Shown here piece after piece: positions 51,562 through 62,053 of a DNA stretch of 64,000 nucleotides (the first letter of the stretch is position 1; the number at the start of each line of letters is the position of its first letter). The stretch spans positions 1,376,001-1,440,000 of the forward strand of contig OY729426.1 of NCBI GenBank assembly GCA_963422365.1, read 5' to 3'. The notes under the pieces were generated by a model, which saw only the letters and a list, made by a program, of their open reading frames with translations, was not told where the DNA came from and did not search any database. The DNA is from Nitrospirales bacterium (GTDB taxonomy: Bacteria; Nitrospirota; Nitrospiria; Nitrospirales; UBA8639). The translations under genes and the position numbers were made by a program.

Positions 51562-51642
51562 CGGCCGACTGTATCAAGGCAGGCGGACATTCGGCAACCA
51601 TCCAACCATTGAAGGTGTTCCTGTGGTTGCGGCCGGAAGTTT

Positions 51643-52959
51643 CTACGTTTTCTCCGGCCGAGTCAGGCCATCCGTCGGTCTGATTCTGAGCCAGCATAAT
51701 GCACCCATGAATGCCAGGACGGCCGCGACCCCAAGTGCGACGGTCCATCCGAATTGGTTCGCGATCCAGGGTGTGAGCGTGGGGGAGAGGGTGCCGCCAA
51801 AGTTGGCGCCGGTATTCATCACCCCGGAGAGGGTTCCGGCATGGGCCTTGGAGAGGTCGACAGTCGAACTCCAAAACGCTCCGATGGTGAAATACAGCCA
51901 ACCCGCCCCTAAGGATAACAAGGCCAAGGAGGGTTCATCGATCATCGCCCCTCCGATGATTGAGAGGGCTGCCAGGGCCATTCCCCCTGACCCGACCCAG
52001 GATCGTCCTTGATTCACGCCGAATCGTCGGGACAAGCGGTCCGTGATCCAGCCGCCGATCGGACAAAACATCATCATGGCCATAAAGGGACTTGCGGCGA
52101 AGAAGGCCCCTCGTAGAACGCTGAAGTTTCGTACTTCCATGAGGTAGAGGTAGAACCATGACAGATACACATAGGCTACGTACCCGAAACAGGTATAACT
52201 CAAGACCAGTCACCACACGCTTGGGGTTTGCGCAAAGGCTTTCCAGGGAACGGGCGTCGGGGCCTCAGGGACGTTCTGCTGGGGCGCGTTGCCACGGATA
52301 AGAGCGGCTTCTCTTGCATTGACCCGTGGATGCGATTCCGGCTGGTCCATGGCAAACCAAAACCACAATATGGCGATGAGTACGCCAAGACCTCCAGCCC
52401 AATAAAAGGCTGTCTGCCAGCCGTAATTCACCATGATCCAAGCCGTCACCGGGGGGGGGGGGGTGATCGCGGACTCGACACCGATGCCGCTGATCGTAAT
52501 CGCAATGCCGAGTCCTCGCTCATGTGGGCCGCACCAATTGGCCACGGTCCGATTAAAATTCGGCAATGCGGCGGCTTCGCCCACGCCGATCAAGAATCGC
52601 ACGATCATCAGCGATCCACAAATGCCCACGACCCCTGCGAGAAACGACGAAGGAGCCAGTGCGGTCATCGCCGTAAAGAGCGACCACCAAACCACGGCCA
52701 GGGTCAGGACCGTTCTCGGCCCCCATCGGTCTCCCAGCCAGCCTCCAGGAATCTGAAACAGGGCATAGCCCAAGACAAACGCTGAAAAAATCTGCCCCAT
52801 TTGAACATTGGTGAGCCACAGGGCCGGGATCATCTGCCGTGCCGTGACCGAAATATTGACCCTGTCTATATACGTAATAATGCTAATTCCAAGCAGGAGA
52901 GCCAGGATGGTCCAGCGCGTGTGGGATGGTTTGGGCTCGGCTGTGGTCGGGGACATCAT
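51643..52959 (-). pseudogene. MFS transporter (anion:cation symporter family) with an in-frame TGA at 52210-52212
   Basis: YIDRVNIS, QIPGGWLGDRWG; both halves share one frame (SVW*LVLSY); G13 tract at 52451-52463. Confidence 0.85.
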
Positions 52960-53144
52960 TCTCTCATCCTGCTTGAAAACACTGTAACGGGGTTTGTTGG
53001 AGAATGCCAGATAGGAGGCATATTCAGCAGGTGGGAAAGTTGCTGGTTGAAACTTGATCCTCGTCCGTGATAGATGGGGGCGTTTCGGTCTCGGGCTTTT
53101 AGGCATCTATCCTTACGCCATACAAAATCGGGAGGTACAGGACA

Positions 53145-53858
53145 ATGGCAAAGAGAGCCCAGAAAAAATCCAAAGCCAAGGGGAAGAAGGCGGTGCGGTC
53201 CGCATCCAACGCCAAGCCCAAGGTGTCGAAGCCCAAGGCGACGGCTTCCTCAGCCCAATCGAAACTGAAGAAGGCAGCAGAGAAGATCCAAAAGGCGGTA
53301 CCAGCGAAAAAGTCCAAGAAAGCAACGGCCGCCACCGAGGCGCTGCTGAAAAAGAAGACGGCGAAAAACACGGCGGGAAAGAAGGGCGTCAAGAAGAAAG
53401 CGGTGGTGAAGTCCGTGCAAAAACATCCTGCAGCCGTCAAAGGGAAAGCGCAGAAGAAAGTTGCGGTGAGTTCCAACAAGGTTGTCAAGAAAAAAGCCCC
53501 CGTTGCCGGGCCTGCCCACAAACCTGAAACGAAGGCCGTGACGCCGGTGGTGAGTTCATCCCCTGGGAAAATGGAGAAGGTCTCTCAAGCCGTGGCTGCG
53601 GACGTGGTTCTTGACTCACTCGAATCGGATTTGTCCGGATTCGAGGATAAGCCGGACGAAGAGTTTTCTTCTGATCTGGACGAGGACATGTCCAGGGACG
53701 TGTCTCAGGACTTTGACGACGACGCAGGATTCGGCACCCTTGCCGAAGACCGCGATGATGATCTGACGGAAGATTTGTCCGAGGAGTTGGAAGCCGAGAA
53801 ATATTTCAGAGAAACAGAGGTGGGGTTGGACGATGACGGTTTGCCGCGTGGGTGGTAA
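53145..53858 (+). CDS. Lys/Ala-rich histone H1-like protein with an acidic C-terminus
   Basis: GGAGG SD; K/A-rich first ~130 aa, D/E-rich last ~80 aa. Confidence 0.7.
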   Translation: MAKRAQKKSKAKGKKAVRSASNAKPKVSKPKATASSAQSKLKKAAEKIQKAVPAKKSKKATAATEALLKKKTAKNTAGKKGVKKKAVVKSVQKHPAAVKGKAQKKVAVSSNKVVKKKAPVAGPAHKPETKAVTPVVSSSPGKMEKVSQAVAADVVLDSLESDLSGFEDKPDEEFSSDLDEDMSRDVSQDFDDDAGFGTLAEDRDDDLTEDLSEELEAEKYFRETEVGLDDDGLPRGW

Positions 53859-53921
53859 AGGGACTGCGGAGCGCGATCCTTCTCTCTGGTGCATTGAACG
53901 AATTCTGTAAAGGAGAATTGA

Positions 53922-54581
53922 ATGTCTGAAGCTGCAAACTTGCCACGAATTGGAGAGAATGCCCCTGATTTTTATGCGGTGACCACCTTGTCTCAAGCTT
54001 TTGAATTCAGCGCCTGGCAAGAGCAGGATTGGGTCGTCTTTTTTTCCCATCCTGCCGATTTTACACCCGTGTGCACCACGGAATTGGTGGAATTTGCCCG
54101 TCGGCACGAGGACTTTAGAAAAAAAAACGTCAAGTTGCTTGGGGTCAGTGTGGATAGCATCCATGCCCATTTGGCTTGGCTCGCGAATATCAAAGAGAAA
54201 CTGGGCGCAACGATTCCCTATCCCCTAGTGGCGGATGTCGAGATGCGGGTTGCTCAACTCTATGGCATGCTCCATCCAGAGGCCAGTGCAACCGCAACAG
54301 TCCGTACGTTGTTTGTGATTGACCCCAAACGCGTGATTCGGGCCTTGATCTACTACCCTATGAACGTCGGGCGGAATGTGGACGAAGTCTTCAGGTTGGT
54401 CACGGCGCTTCAAACGGCTGACAATTTTTCCTGTGCGACACCGGTCAATTGGCAAGAGGGTGAAAAAGTGGTTGTGCCTCCTCCCCAAACGGTTGAGGAA
54501 GTTGAGGAACGACTCAGCCATTCCGATCGAGAAGTCAAAGACTTTTACCTCACCTTGAAAAATCCGAAGGCGCAAGCCTGA
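53922..54581 (+). CDS. Peroxiredoxin (Prx6 type)
   Basis: SHPADFTPVCTTE, YYPMNVGRN, TPVNW. Confidence 0.93.
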   Translation: MSEAANLPRIGENAPDFYAVTTLSQAFEFSAWQEQDWVVFFSHPADFTPVCTTELVEFARRHEDFRKKNVKLLGVSVDSIHAHLAWLANIKEKLGATIPYPLVADVEMRVAQLYGMLHPEASATATVRTLFVIDPKRVIRALIYYPMNVGRNVDEVFRLVTALQTADNFSCATPVNWQEGEKVVVPPPQTVEEVEERLSHSDREVKDFYLTLKNPKAQA

Positions 54582-54762
54582 GGCTGGGTCGTCCTCGACT
54601 GGAGAATGCCATTTCTCCGAATCCTCTCTCTCCTGTCGTCAACACCGTACAAGCTGTGCCGGGGAATGCCTGCTATTTGGATAGGTCCCCGATTAAAAAT
54701 GTCGAGGCCAAGGCTTTGTCTCATAGCATCGTGTGCCCCAGAATCGTGTACCAGAGGGTTGT

Positions 54763-55857
54763 ATGATCGTGATGCCAACGTCCATGTGGTCTGTGAGCCT
54801 CCTTTGCGTGGTTGCCTGGGTCGTGGTGTCGGCCATGTCTTTAGAGGGCTGCCGGGTCGAGGAGGGTTCGAATCCTCAGGTGATGGGTCGTCAGTTGGAA
54901 GGATCCTGTGGCGATGAGGATCGCCAGGCGCTGGCCGTTTCAGCAGATGACGTGTTGGCGGCCTTGCACCAAGGCCAGGGAGTGGTTTTGAAAGGGGTTG
55001 TGCTTGCGGGCGACCTCCCCTTGGACCGGTTGAGCCTTCAGTCATTCGAGCCGAAGCTGGTCCGGCATTTGGCGATCGCCAAACAGATCGAAGCCGAGCA
55101 GGTGTCTGCGGTGCGTGTCATTCACGGGCCGTTTATTCTTGAAGACGTTGAGGTGCAGGGTATTCTTGCGACCAACCTCATGGGGTCCGGGTACGTGTTG
55201 GTCCAAGGGCTGGTCAGTCTGCGGGGAACCACCATTCAGCGTTCCATGGATTTGTCCCGGATGGTTTTCTTGGATCGAGCGGATTTTTCCGAGATGCACA
55301 TCGGCCATGAGGGTTTTTTTATTCGAGCCATGTTTGTAGGGGATGCCGATTTTACCCGAACGGCTTTTGGAACCCATTCCCGCTTTCATCAGGCCCGATT
55401 TCTGGGGAAGGCCTTGTTTACGGGAGCACGGTTTCACGGCCTCGCGGAATTCTTGGAGGTTTCCTTTGCGGAGGAAGCAGGGTTTTCGCGCACCCGCTTT
55501 TTTCAGGGCACGGGTTTTTCCGGGAGCCGGTTTCATCAAACGCTGGATTTGTCTGAGGCGCGGTTTGACAGGGAAGTGTATTTTCGATTTACCGACTATC
55601 AGGGAGCGGCGAATTTTCACGGAGCCCTGTTTCGGAACGCGGCGGACTTTACGGAAGCTCGGTTTCGAGGGGCCGTCGATTTTCGAAATGTCATCTTCGA
55701 GAAACCTCCACGGATTGCCGGCGTCGATCTTCCCGAACAGGGTGGCAAGGGAGGCCCGAGCGTCCAGAATCGCGAATTCCTCTTCTTACTCGTCGTCCTG
55801 GCTCTCCTGGCTCTCCTGGGGTTGATGCTGGTAGCCGTGTGGAAGCGAAAATCCTGA
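54763..55857 (+). CDS. Pentapeptide-repeat membrane-anchored protein
   Basis: Repeated ADF..ARF motifs; hydrophobic N- and C-termini; start uncertain. Confidence 0.75.
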   Translation: MIVMPTSMWSVSLLCVVAWVVVSAMSLEGCRVEEGSNPQVMGRQLEGSCGDEDRQALAVSADDVLAALHQGQGVVLKGVVLAGDLPLDRLSLQSFEPKLVRHLAIAKQIEAEQVSAVRVIHGPFILEDVEVQGILATNLMGSGYVLVQGLVSLRGTTIQRSMDLSRMVFLDRADFSEMHIGHEGFFIRAMFVGDADFTRTAFGTHSRFHQARFLGKALFTGARFHGLAEFLEVSFAEEAGFSRTRFFQGTGFSGSRFHQTLDLSEARFDREVYFRFTDYQGAANFHGALFRNAADFTEARFRGAVDFRNVIFEKPPRIAGVDLPEQGGKGGPSVQNREFLFLLVVLALLALLGLMLVAVWKRKS

Positions 55858-55899
55858 TAAGTACTGGAAGGACATATCCACAAGATATAGAAGTTTCTA

Positions 55900-55928
55900 T
55901 TGCCTCTCTCCACTAAAAGTGGTATACT
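55900..55928 (+). promoter_or_regulatory. Sigma70-type promoter of scpAB
   Basis: TTGCCT-17 bp-TATACT with an extended -10 TG. Confidence 0.6.
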
Positions 55929-56000
55929 AAAAGACTGCATTGCAGTATGTTGGGATGGTGGTCCGTTTCCCCCACTTTCGATCTCGATGCCAACGGTATC

Positions 56001-56822
56001 ATGGAACTAACCGAACCCACATACGAAGTGAAGCTTGAGGCCTTTAGAGGGCCTCTCGACCTTTTGCTCCACCTCATTCGAAAGCACGAAATCAATATTT
56101 ATGATATACCTATTGCCTTGATCACCCGGCAATACCTTGAGTATCTTCAACTCATGAAGGAACTCAATCTCTCTTTTGCCGGTGACTTTTTGGTGATGGC
56201 CGCCACCCTGCTTCATATTAAGTCTCGAATGCTGCTCCCGCAGGAAACGGAACCGGATTTGGAGGAAGAGGAAGGCGGAGATCCTCGAAGTGAGTTGGTG
56301 CGTCGACTTGTCGAGTATCAGCAGTTTAAGGAAGTCGCCGGTCGCCTGTCAGATCAAGAAAGACTGTGGCGACAGATGTTCCAACGGGAGCCCGAACAGA
56401 GTCCACCGCTCCACGACGTATTTCCCGACGACATGCAAGTTTTTGATCTCTTGAGTGTCCTGCAGGAAGTCTTGGCGCAGACCGACGCCACTTCCGGTCT
56501 CGAACTGACACCGGATACCATGACGATTCAGGAGCGTATCAATGTCGTGATCGAACGGCTGGAAGAGACTCCGACTATTACGTTTGCCGCATTGTTTGAG
56601 GGTGTGACCGATCGGTTGATGGTGATCGTCACCTTTTTGGCGTTGTTGGAACTTGTGCGGATGAAACTGGTCCGTATGGTTCAGGCGGATTTTTGGGGTC
56701 CTATTCGGATTACCCGCATGTTTCTCGCGGGGCAACCTGAAGGTGACGTTGAACCACTCCAGGCAACGAATCATGATGACCATTCGACCAATGAAGGCTT
56801 CAATGGGAATGGCATCCTCTGA
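56001..56822 (+). CDS. scpA: Segregation and condensation protein A
   Basis: FRGPLDLLLHLI, IKSRMLLP, TFLALLEL. Confidence 0.95.
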   Translation: MELTEPTYEVKLEAFRGPLDLLLHLIRKHEINIYDIPIALITRQYLEYLQLMKELNLSFAGDFLVMAATLLHIKSRMLLPQETEPDLEEEEGGDPRSELVRRLVEYQQFKEVAGRLSDQERLWRQMFQREPEQSPPLHDVFPDDMQVFDLLSVLQEVLAQTDATSGLELTPDTMTIQERINVVIERLEETPTITFAALFEGVTDRLMVIVTFLALLELVRMKLVRMVQADFWGPIRITRMFLAGQPEGDVEPLQATNHDDHSTNEGFNGNGIL

Positions 56823-57603
56823 CAAGATAGGCATAACCGAGTCACTGGAATCGGCTCAGGATCCGACCCTATCGCCTATGGCCGGGGACTCTTCGGGTGA
56901 GCGCGCAGAGGGTGAAGGCGCAAGCCTTACCGAAGCATTGAGTGAGCAAGAACTTAAGGGGATCATCGAAGCCCTGTTGTTCGTGTCCCGCGAGCCCCTT
57001 CTCCTCGAGAAGGTCACCACGGTGTTGGCGGGACCGCCCGAGGTGGCGGTGTATAATGCCGTGAAGGCCCTTCAGCATGATTATGATCAGGAAGGTCGTG
57101 GTCTCCAGATTGTCGAGTTGGCCGGTGGCTACGTCATGATCACGCGGCCCGACTGTGCCCCTTGGATTACCAGGCTCAATACGATCAAAGCTTCCCTCAA
57201 AGTGTCCCGATCCGCCTTGGAGACCTTGGCGATCATTGCCTATAAACAACCGACCATGCGTGCGGAGATTGAACAGATTCGCGGGGTCGAAACCTCGAGC
57301 GTGTTGCGGACCTTGCTCAATCAAAAACTCATCCGCATCGTCGGGCGAAAAGATATCCCCGGTCGCCCGATTCTGTATGGAACGTCTAAGATCTTCCTTC
57401 AAAAATTCGGGCTTCGGGATCTTCGCGATTTGCCGCCACTTCGTGAATTCACCGCCTTAGGAGAAGGGGACGATGCCGAGCTTTTTGAAGAAGAATCGGC
57501 ACCCAATGGCCAGTATAAAACTGGTGCTGATCGGGTCGCTGAAGCGCTCGGCCAGGATGCACGGGAACCCGTTGCCAGTTACCCGGGTTCTTCCATTGCC
57601 TAA
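56809..57603 (+). CDS. scpB: Segregation and condensation protein B
   Basis: IEALLFVS, LETLAIIAYKQP, GRPILYGT, LRDLPPL. Confidence 0.95.
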   Translation: MASSDKIGITESLESAQDPTLSPMAGDSSGERAEGEGASLTEALSEQELKGIIEALLFVSREPLLLEKVTTVLAGPPEVAVYNAVKALQHDYDQEGRGLQIVELAGGYVMITRPDCAPWITRLNTIKASLKVSRSALETLAIIAYKQPTMRAEIEQIRGVETSSVLRTLLNQKLIRIVGRKDIPGRPILYGTSKIFLQKFGLRDLRDLPPLREFTALGEGDDAELFEEESAPNGQYKTGADRVAEALGQDAREPVASYPGSSIA

Positions 57604-57741
57604 GTCCCTGTGTTGTCCGTTTGTTTGGTTGAGACGGCCACGGGAGCCTGCCTTCTCTTTCCAAACCATCGACTTTCTCACTATAGTGCCCTACGATTTC
57701 GGGCAAAACGCTCTTCCCGAAGGCCGGAAAGTAGACGACGC

Positions 57742-60648
57742 ATGGACCTTGTGCTTCCCGATAAAACGTCAACTCCCCGATTGAAAACGTCGGGGACAGG
57801 CATTGGAACTGACCTGAAGCGTCTCCTTGATCCGACCAAGGTCAAGGATGACGTTCCTGCCTTACGTGCGTATGCGGTCGATGCCAGCATCTATCGCATG
57901 CCGCCCCAAGTGGTGGTGCTTCCGGACCATGAAACGGATATTGATCTGGTGATGGACTATGCCGTTACACGGGGTATCCCTTTGACCACGCGTGCGGCCG
58001 GGACCAATCTCACGGGGTCGGCTATTGGGTCGGGTATCATTGTGGACGTGTCGCGTCTTAATCGGATTCTCGAAGTGAACCCCGAGGAGAAATGGGCGCG
58101 CATTCAACCCGGGATTGTGCTCAACGAATTGAATGCCAAATTGGCCTCGACCGCCCTCATGTTCGGTCCTGATCCTTCGAGTGGCGAGATGTGCAAATTG
58201 GGAGGGATGCTCGCCAATAATTCCTCAGGGCCGCATACGCTGCGGTACGGCTCGGTCAAGGATAATGTCTTGGCCCTGCGAGTCAGGCTTGAGGCAGAAG
58301 GGTGGCTCAATGCCAGCCATGAGGCCGTCCACGGAGGAGACTGCCCTCTGGCTCTCGCTCCTTTTCCAGGGATTCAGCAGGTCTTTCAGTTGGTGCGGGG
58401 CCATGTGGATCTCATTCAAGCCAAGCGCCCTCGCGTCAGTAAAAATAGCGCGGGCTACAACCTCTTTGATCTCGCGGAGGGTCTCACGCAAGGGGTCTTT
58501 GATCTGCCGAAGTTATTTGTGGGGAGTGAAGGCACGTTGGGCGTGTTCAGTGAGGCGACGATCCGGCTCGTTGATCGTCCGCGCTCGACTGTGACCGGCA
58601 TGCTGCATTTCCTGCACCTCGAAGAAATGGCGGACGCGGTTCGTCCCTTGTTAGAACTGTCACCGCTGGCCTTGGAAGTGCTGGATGCCCAGACCTTGGA
58701 TCTCATCGGCCGATCGCAGTACCACATTCCCGAAGATGCCGCCGCAACGCTGCTCATTGAATTTGATCAAACAGGAGAGCACGGTGGGATTTCGCAACTA
58801 CAGGACGTCTGTCGGCGATCTCGGCTTGCTTCTGCTCCGGTCATTGCTATCGATCCCCAACAACAGCAAGATATCTGGAAAACTCGAAAAGCGCTCTATC
58901 CCGCGTTGTATGGGTATGACGCAAAGAGAAAACCGATTAACTATGTGGATGACGTGGTGGTGGCGGCAGACCGAATCGGCGAGTTGATGCGATATCTGAG
59001 TGCCATGTTTGGAAACGCTCGGGTCCCGTTGGCGATTTTCGGCCATATCGGGAATGGCAATGCCCACATCGTCCCGTTGCTGGACGTGAATGATGAGCGT
59101 GATTTTCAGCGTATGGTTGAGAGTTATTACGAAGTGCATCACACGGTGTTGGATCGGTTTCAAGGATCCATTTGCGGGGAACACGGGGATGGCCGCATCC
59201 GCGCCGAAATGGTCAAGCGGATGTTCGGCGAAGAGTTGTATGGTCTCTTTGTGCAGGTCAAACGCGCGATGGACCCGGCAGGGATTTTGAATCCCGGCGT
59301 GAAAATCAGTGAGACCCCCTTTACCGAACACATTGACTTTGAACGGTTGGGGAAATCCTGTGCCACGTGTGCGAAATGTAATTCAGTCTGCCCGGTGTAC
59401 GATGTGTTTCAATCTGAAGATATGAGCTCTCGGGGATGGTATGAAATCGTGACCGCCACGGACTACAGCTATTTGGATTCCAAGCGCGTCGTGGAAGCCT
59501 GTTTGAATTGCAAGTCATGCCGGACCATCTGCCCTGCGGATGTGGACGTGTCCGAACTGATTTTGCAACGACGGGCGGAACATCCGAATGCCCTCGCCGG
59601 GAAAATTTTCGCCCTGCACGCGCAACAGGAACGTTTCGGCAGGTTGATCAAGCTGGCCGCGAAGACTCAATCGCTCTGGGATCGTCCGCTTATTCGGAAA
59701 ATCGGCGAAGTGCTGTTGCGACCGCTTTTGGCACGGCTCTCCGAACGCGCACGGCTTCCCTGGGACATGAAACTGCCGCGTCTGGTGACGTCGCTGTTGC
59801 GTGAACGGCATCACGCGCTCTGTGTGTCGTCTCCCCCCACGGCTTGTCAGGGAGACGAAGGCGGTCACGGAACACGGGAAGGTGGCTCCTCCCCGAAGGT
59901 CGCGTATTTTCATGGCTGCGCGGCCAATTACTTTGATGATGGAGTGGGTGATGCCGTGATCAATGTGCTGAAGCGCTACGGCGTGACTCCGGACCTTCCG
60001 CCGCAACGCTGCTCAGGGACACCCATTGAAACATATGGGCATCGTGCCTTGGCCCGGGAAGGGGCTCGTTATAACGTCAACCATCTTGCAGGCTATGACG
60101 TGATTGTGACGGGCTGTGCGTCCTGTACGCTGGCGCTCAAGGATTATGCTACGCTTTTGCAAGGGGAGCCTGAGGAGCGTCAGGCGCAGTATGTGTCGCA
60201 ACGCGTGAAGCACATTGCGGAGTATGTCTTGGAGTTGGACCCTCATCGTTCGACGCCGACTCAGTCGGAGGGGATGCGAAAAGTCACGTACCATTCGTCC
60301 TGTCACCTGCGTGCGGCCGGGGTGACGTCACAGCCTCGGCACTTGCTGGCGACGACCCCGGGTCTTGACTACGTCGAGATGCAAGATGCCGACCGCTGTG
60401 CGGGCGGTGCGGGAACCTACATCGTGAAGGAGTATGACGCCGCGCAAAAGATTTTCGAACGGAAGCGACAGGCAATTGAACGGAGTGGCGCGGACATTGT
60501 GGCGACGAGTTGTCCTGCCTGCATGATTCAATTGAAAAACGGCTTGCCCGCCGACACTGCCGTGAAGCATATCGCTCAAGTTCTGGACGAATCGACCGGT
60601 GAGGCTCGGGACTCCGAACGTCGATCGCATACGGGGCGGGAGCACTGA
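57742..60648 (+). CDS. FAD-linked oxidase fused to 4Fe-4S and CCG domains (GlcD/GlcF-like, D-2-hydroxyacid dehydrogenase-like)
   Basis: GSEGTLG, GHIGNGNAH, GEHGDG, two CxxCxxCxxxCP motifs, CCG-like domains. Confidence 0.88.
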   Translation: MDLVLPDKTSTPRLKTSGTGIGTDLKRLLDPTKVKDDVPALRAYAVDASIYRMPPQVVVLPDHETDIDLVMDYAVTRGIPLTTRAAGTNLTGSAIGSGIIVDVSRLNRILEVNPEEKWARIQPGIVLNELNAKLASTALMFGPDPSSGEMCKLGGMLANNSSGPHTLRYGSVKDNVLALRVRLEAEGWLNASHEAVHGGDCPLALAPFPGIQQVFQLVRGHVDLIQAKRPRVSKNSAGYNLFDLAEGLTQGVFDLPKLFVGSEGTLGVFSEATIRLVDRPRSTVTGMLHFLHLEEMADAVRPLLELSPLALEVLDAQTLDLIGRSQYHIPEDAAATLLIEFDQTGEHGGISQLQDVCRRSRLASAPVIAIDPQQQQDIWKTRKALYPALYGYDAKRKPINYVDDVVVAADRIGELMRYLSAMFGNARVPLAIFGHIGNGNAHIVPLLDVNDERDFQRMVESYYEVHHTVLDRFQGSICGEHGDGRIRAEMVKRMFGEELYGLFVQVKRAMDPAGILNPGVKISETPFTEHIDFERLGKSCATCAKCNSVCPVYDVFQSEDMSSRGWYEIVTATDYSYLDSKRVVEACLNCKSCRTICPADVDVSELILQRRAEHPNALAGKIFALHAQQERFGRLIKLAAKTQSLWDRPLIRKIGEVLLRPLLARLSERARLPWDMKLPRLVTSLLRERHHALCVSSPPTACQGDEGGHGTREGGSSPKVAYFHGCAANYFDDGVGDAVINVLKRYGVTPDLPPQRCSGTPIETYGHRALAREGARYNVNHLAGYDVIVTGCASCTLALKDYATLLQGEPEERQAQYVSQRVKHIAEYVLELDPHRSTPTQSEGMRKVTYHSSCHLRAAGVTSQPRHLLATTPGLDYVEMQDADRCAGGAGTYIVKEYDAAQKIFERKRQAIERSGADIVATSCPACMIQLKNGLPADTAVKHIAQVLDESTGEARDSERRSHTGREH

Positions 60649-60701
60649 AGGCGACGTCCGTTGCCGCCGCTGTTCCGTCTTGCAGAAGGAGGATTTTCAC
60701 C

Positions 60702-60980
60702 ATGGTGACGATAAGAGTGTTTGGACAGAATTTGCTCCCGTGTGTGGACGAGCCGGAGATTCAATGTAAGATTTCCGCGCCGGTGAGTGTGCGGGAATTA
60801 TTGGAGGGGAACCAGGAAGCCTTGGGCGAGGTAATGGAATTCTTGCGAAAAAGCGAATTGATGGTCACGGTGAACCAGAAAGTCAGTACCTTTGAATCGA
60901 CAGTCAAAGATGGCGACGAGGTTAAATTGACGCATCAGTTTAATCCGGAACATGAAGGGGCTCTGTGGCATAATCCTTGA
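60702..60980 (+). CDS. MoaD/ThiS-like beta-grasp protein
   Basis: MVTIRVFG...VTVNQK...VKDGDEVKL; no terminal GG. Confidence 0.7.
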   Translation: MVTIRVFGQNLLPCVDEPEIQCKISAPVSVRELLEGNQEALGEVMEFLRKSELMVTVNQKVSTFESTVKDGDEVKLTHQFNPEHEGALWHNP

Positions 60981-61077
60981 AAGCACGCGTGATGCTTAAC
61001 GCACCCCGTCGGTCGGCGACCTATGAGCCTACGGCTTTGTTCAGGATGCTAACAATGTTGAGCCAACCTACGCGTTT

Positions 61078-62031
61078 CTAGACGTTGACAATAGCGCCCA
61101 TTTGGCGGAACTTTTTATATCGGTTTTCCAGGAGTTGTTCCGTCGACATGGTGAGAAGCTGGCTCAGTTGAGTGTGGAGGGTGTGGGCCACGGCTTGACA
61201 GATGGTTTCCATGTCGCGATGCGCGCCGCCGAGTGGTTCGGGTATGACTTCGTCGGCAATCCCTAATTTGAGCAATTCCGCGCCCGTCATTTTCAAGGCG
61301 GCAGCAGCCGTTTGCCTCTTGCCTGAATCGTTCCAAAGAATCGCTGCGCATCCTTCCGGAGAAATGACCGAGTAGATCGAGTGTTCCAGCATCACGATTC
61401 TGTCCGCTACCCCTAAAGCCAACGCCCCACCGCTTCCCCCTTCTCCGGTAATGAGGGCGACGACCGGAACCTTGAGTCGAGACATCACGAACAGGTTGTG
61501 GGCAATGGCCCGGGCTTGGCCCCGTTCCTCGGCTCCGACGCCAGGGTACGCCCCTGGGGTATCGATAAACGTGACAATCGGGCGTTTGAATTTTTCGGCT
61601 AACTGCATGAGCCGCAGGGCTTTTCGATAGCCTTCAGGATTGGGCATGCCGAAATTTCGTTCCACCCGATCCTGAAAGCTTTGTCCTTTTTCATGGCCGA
61701 TGACGCAAATGGACCGGCTCTGGAACGTCGCAAATCCGCCGACGATGGCTTTGTCGTCTCCGAAGATTCGGTCGCCGTGGAGTTCTACAAAGTCTCGGCA
61801 CAAATGTTTCGTGTATTGTAGAATCGACGGGCGTTGGGGATGGCGGGCGAGTTGCGTTTGCTGCCAGGGCGTCAGGTTTTCGAAAATTTCCTGCTTTTGC
61901 TTAGCTAACCGGGCTTGGAGAATGCGGATCAGGCGCGGTGTGGCTTTCGTCTCGGATCCCGATTTCCTCAGTTTCTCAAGACGTTCCTCAAGCGCTTTCA
62001 ACGGTTTTTCAAATTCTAAAAAATCACGCAT
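61078..62031 (-). CDS. accA: Acetyl-CoA carboxylase carboxyltransferase alpha
   Basis: LEFEKP, ARHPQRP, GMPNPEGYRKA, GEGGSGGALA. Confidence 0.97.
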   Translation of the reverse strand: MRDFLEFEKPLKALEERLEKLRKSGSETKATPRLIRILQARLAKQKQEIFENLTPWQQTQLARHPQRPSILQYTKHLCRDFVELHGDRIFGDDKAIVGGFATFQSRSICVIGHEKGQSFQDRVERNFGMPNPEGYRKALRLMQLAEKFKRPIVTFIDTPGAYPGVGAEERGQARAIAHNLFVMSRLKVPVVALITGEGGSGGALALGVADRIVMLEHSIYSVISPEGCAAILWNDSGKRQTAAAALKMTGAELLKLGIADEVIPEPLGGAHRDMETICQAVAHTLHTQLSQLLTMSTEQLLENRYKKFRQMGAIVNV

Positions 62032-62053
62032 AGGAGACTCGTTTGTGTGCACG

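Noticed and set aside
52210..52212. Selenocysteine or recoded TGA in the MFS gene
   Set aside because: The context (SVW*LVL) fits a TGG-to-TGA nonsense change in a TM helix; TGA is a normal stop elsewhere in the window.
52451..52463. G13 tract as an active phase switch
   Set aside because: It is in frame, but the gene is already broken by a downstream stop, so switching would have no effect.
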